Shown here piece after piece: positions 63,453 to 64,000 of a stretch of DNA of 64,000 nt. The notes beneath the pieces are model-generated. The model searched no databases, had not been told where the DNA came from, and saw only the letters and a list, made by a program, of their open reading frames with translations. The position numbers and the translations under genes were made by a program. The DNA is from Octopus bimaculoides (taxonomy: Eukaryota), in NCBI RefSeq assembly GCF_001194135.2, contig NC_068989.1, forward strand, positions 69,493,845 to 69,557,844, given 5' to 3'. How positions within the stretch are numbered: the first letter of the stretch is position 1; each line of letters opens with the position of its first letter.

Positions 63453-63595
63453 AGAGCTTCTCAACCACATGGTTCTGGGTTCAGTCCCACTGTGTGGCAC
63501 CTTGGGCAAGTGTCTGCTACTATAGCATTGTGTTGACTAAAACCTTGTGGGTGGATTTGGTAGATGGAAACTGAAAGAAGCCTGTTGTGTATATA
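63453..63595 (+). mobile_element. SINE family B head
   Basis: aaccacatggttctgggttcagtcccactgtgtggcaccttgggcaagtgtc. Confidence 0.8.
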
Positions 63596-63689
63596 TATAT
63601 ATAACCTTTCATCATCTGAAACAAGGTCTCCTCCTTCAATGTGCCACCTCTGATTTTATTTGTTTTTTTTTTTGTCTTGCAAGTACTTG

Positions 63690-63975
63690 GTGACCCTGTC
63701 AGTGCAGGTACCACTTAAAAGTACCCAGTCCACACTGTAAAGTGGCTGGTGTTTGGAAGGGCATCCTTGCTAAAACTGACCTCACTTGTGCCATGTAAAA
63801 AGCACTAAGCCCACTCTGCTGAATGGTTGGTATTAGGATGGGCAACTAGCTGTAAAAACCTTGCTAAAACAGTCACAGAAGTCTGGTGCAAGCTTCTGCT
63901 TGGCCGGGTCTTGTGAAATTATCCAACCCATGCTGGCATGGAGGGTGGACGTTAAATGATGATGATGATGATGAT
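63690..63975 (+). mobile_element. RTE 3' UTR end with (ATG)n tail
   Basis: ccaacccatgctggcatggagggtggacgttaaatgatgatg matches 26740-26793. Confidence 0.8.
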
Positions 63976-64000
63976 ATATGTATATATGTATATATATATA

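Overview
AT-rich, microsatellite-saturated animal genomic DNA with several assembly gaps (largest N runs 20742-21203, 28796-29061, 61461-62325). The repeat families and (ATT)n/(TA)n/(CA)n density resemble an octopus (coleoid cephalopod) assembly; this is my recognition, not a database result. I see no intact recognisable host gene, and most ORF-track entries are microsatellite or gap artefacts. The window is mostly transposon relics: RTE LINE fragments, a 5'-truncated Penelope-like element (RT thumb + GIY-YIG) with an inverted partial copy at its 5' end, two mariner relics and one Tc1 relic, TTAA (piggyBac-like) MITEs, foldback MITEs, a non-autonomous Helitron, a Helentron-like element, a probable LINE 3' end with two C2H2 fingers, and three tRNA-derived SINE families. 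The most notable pattern is repeated head-to-head (foldback) pairs of retroelement ends. Two, possibly three, families carry degenerate minimal type-I hammerhead ribozyme motifs followed by AATAAA (about 3.0 kb, 31.3 kb, 62.8 kb, and the Penelope arms). A CpG-rich patch with ETS and E-box motifs at about 32.0-32.4 kb, plus several strong minus-strand splice donors to its left, may mark a host promoter and sparse exons, but I cannot identify the gene.
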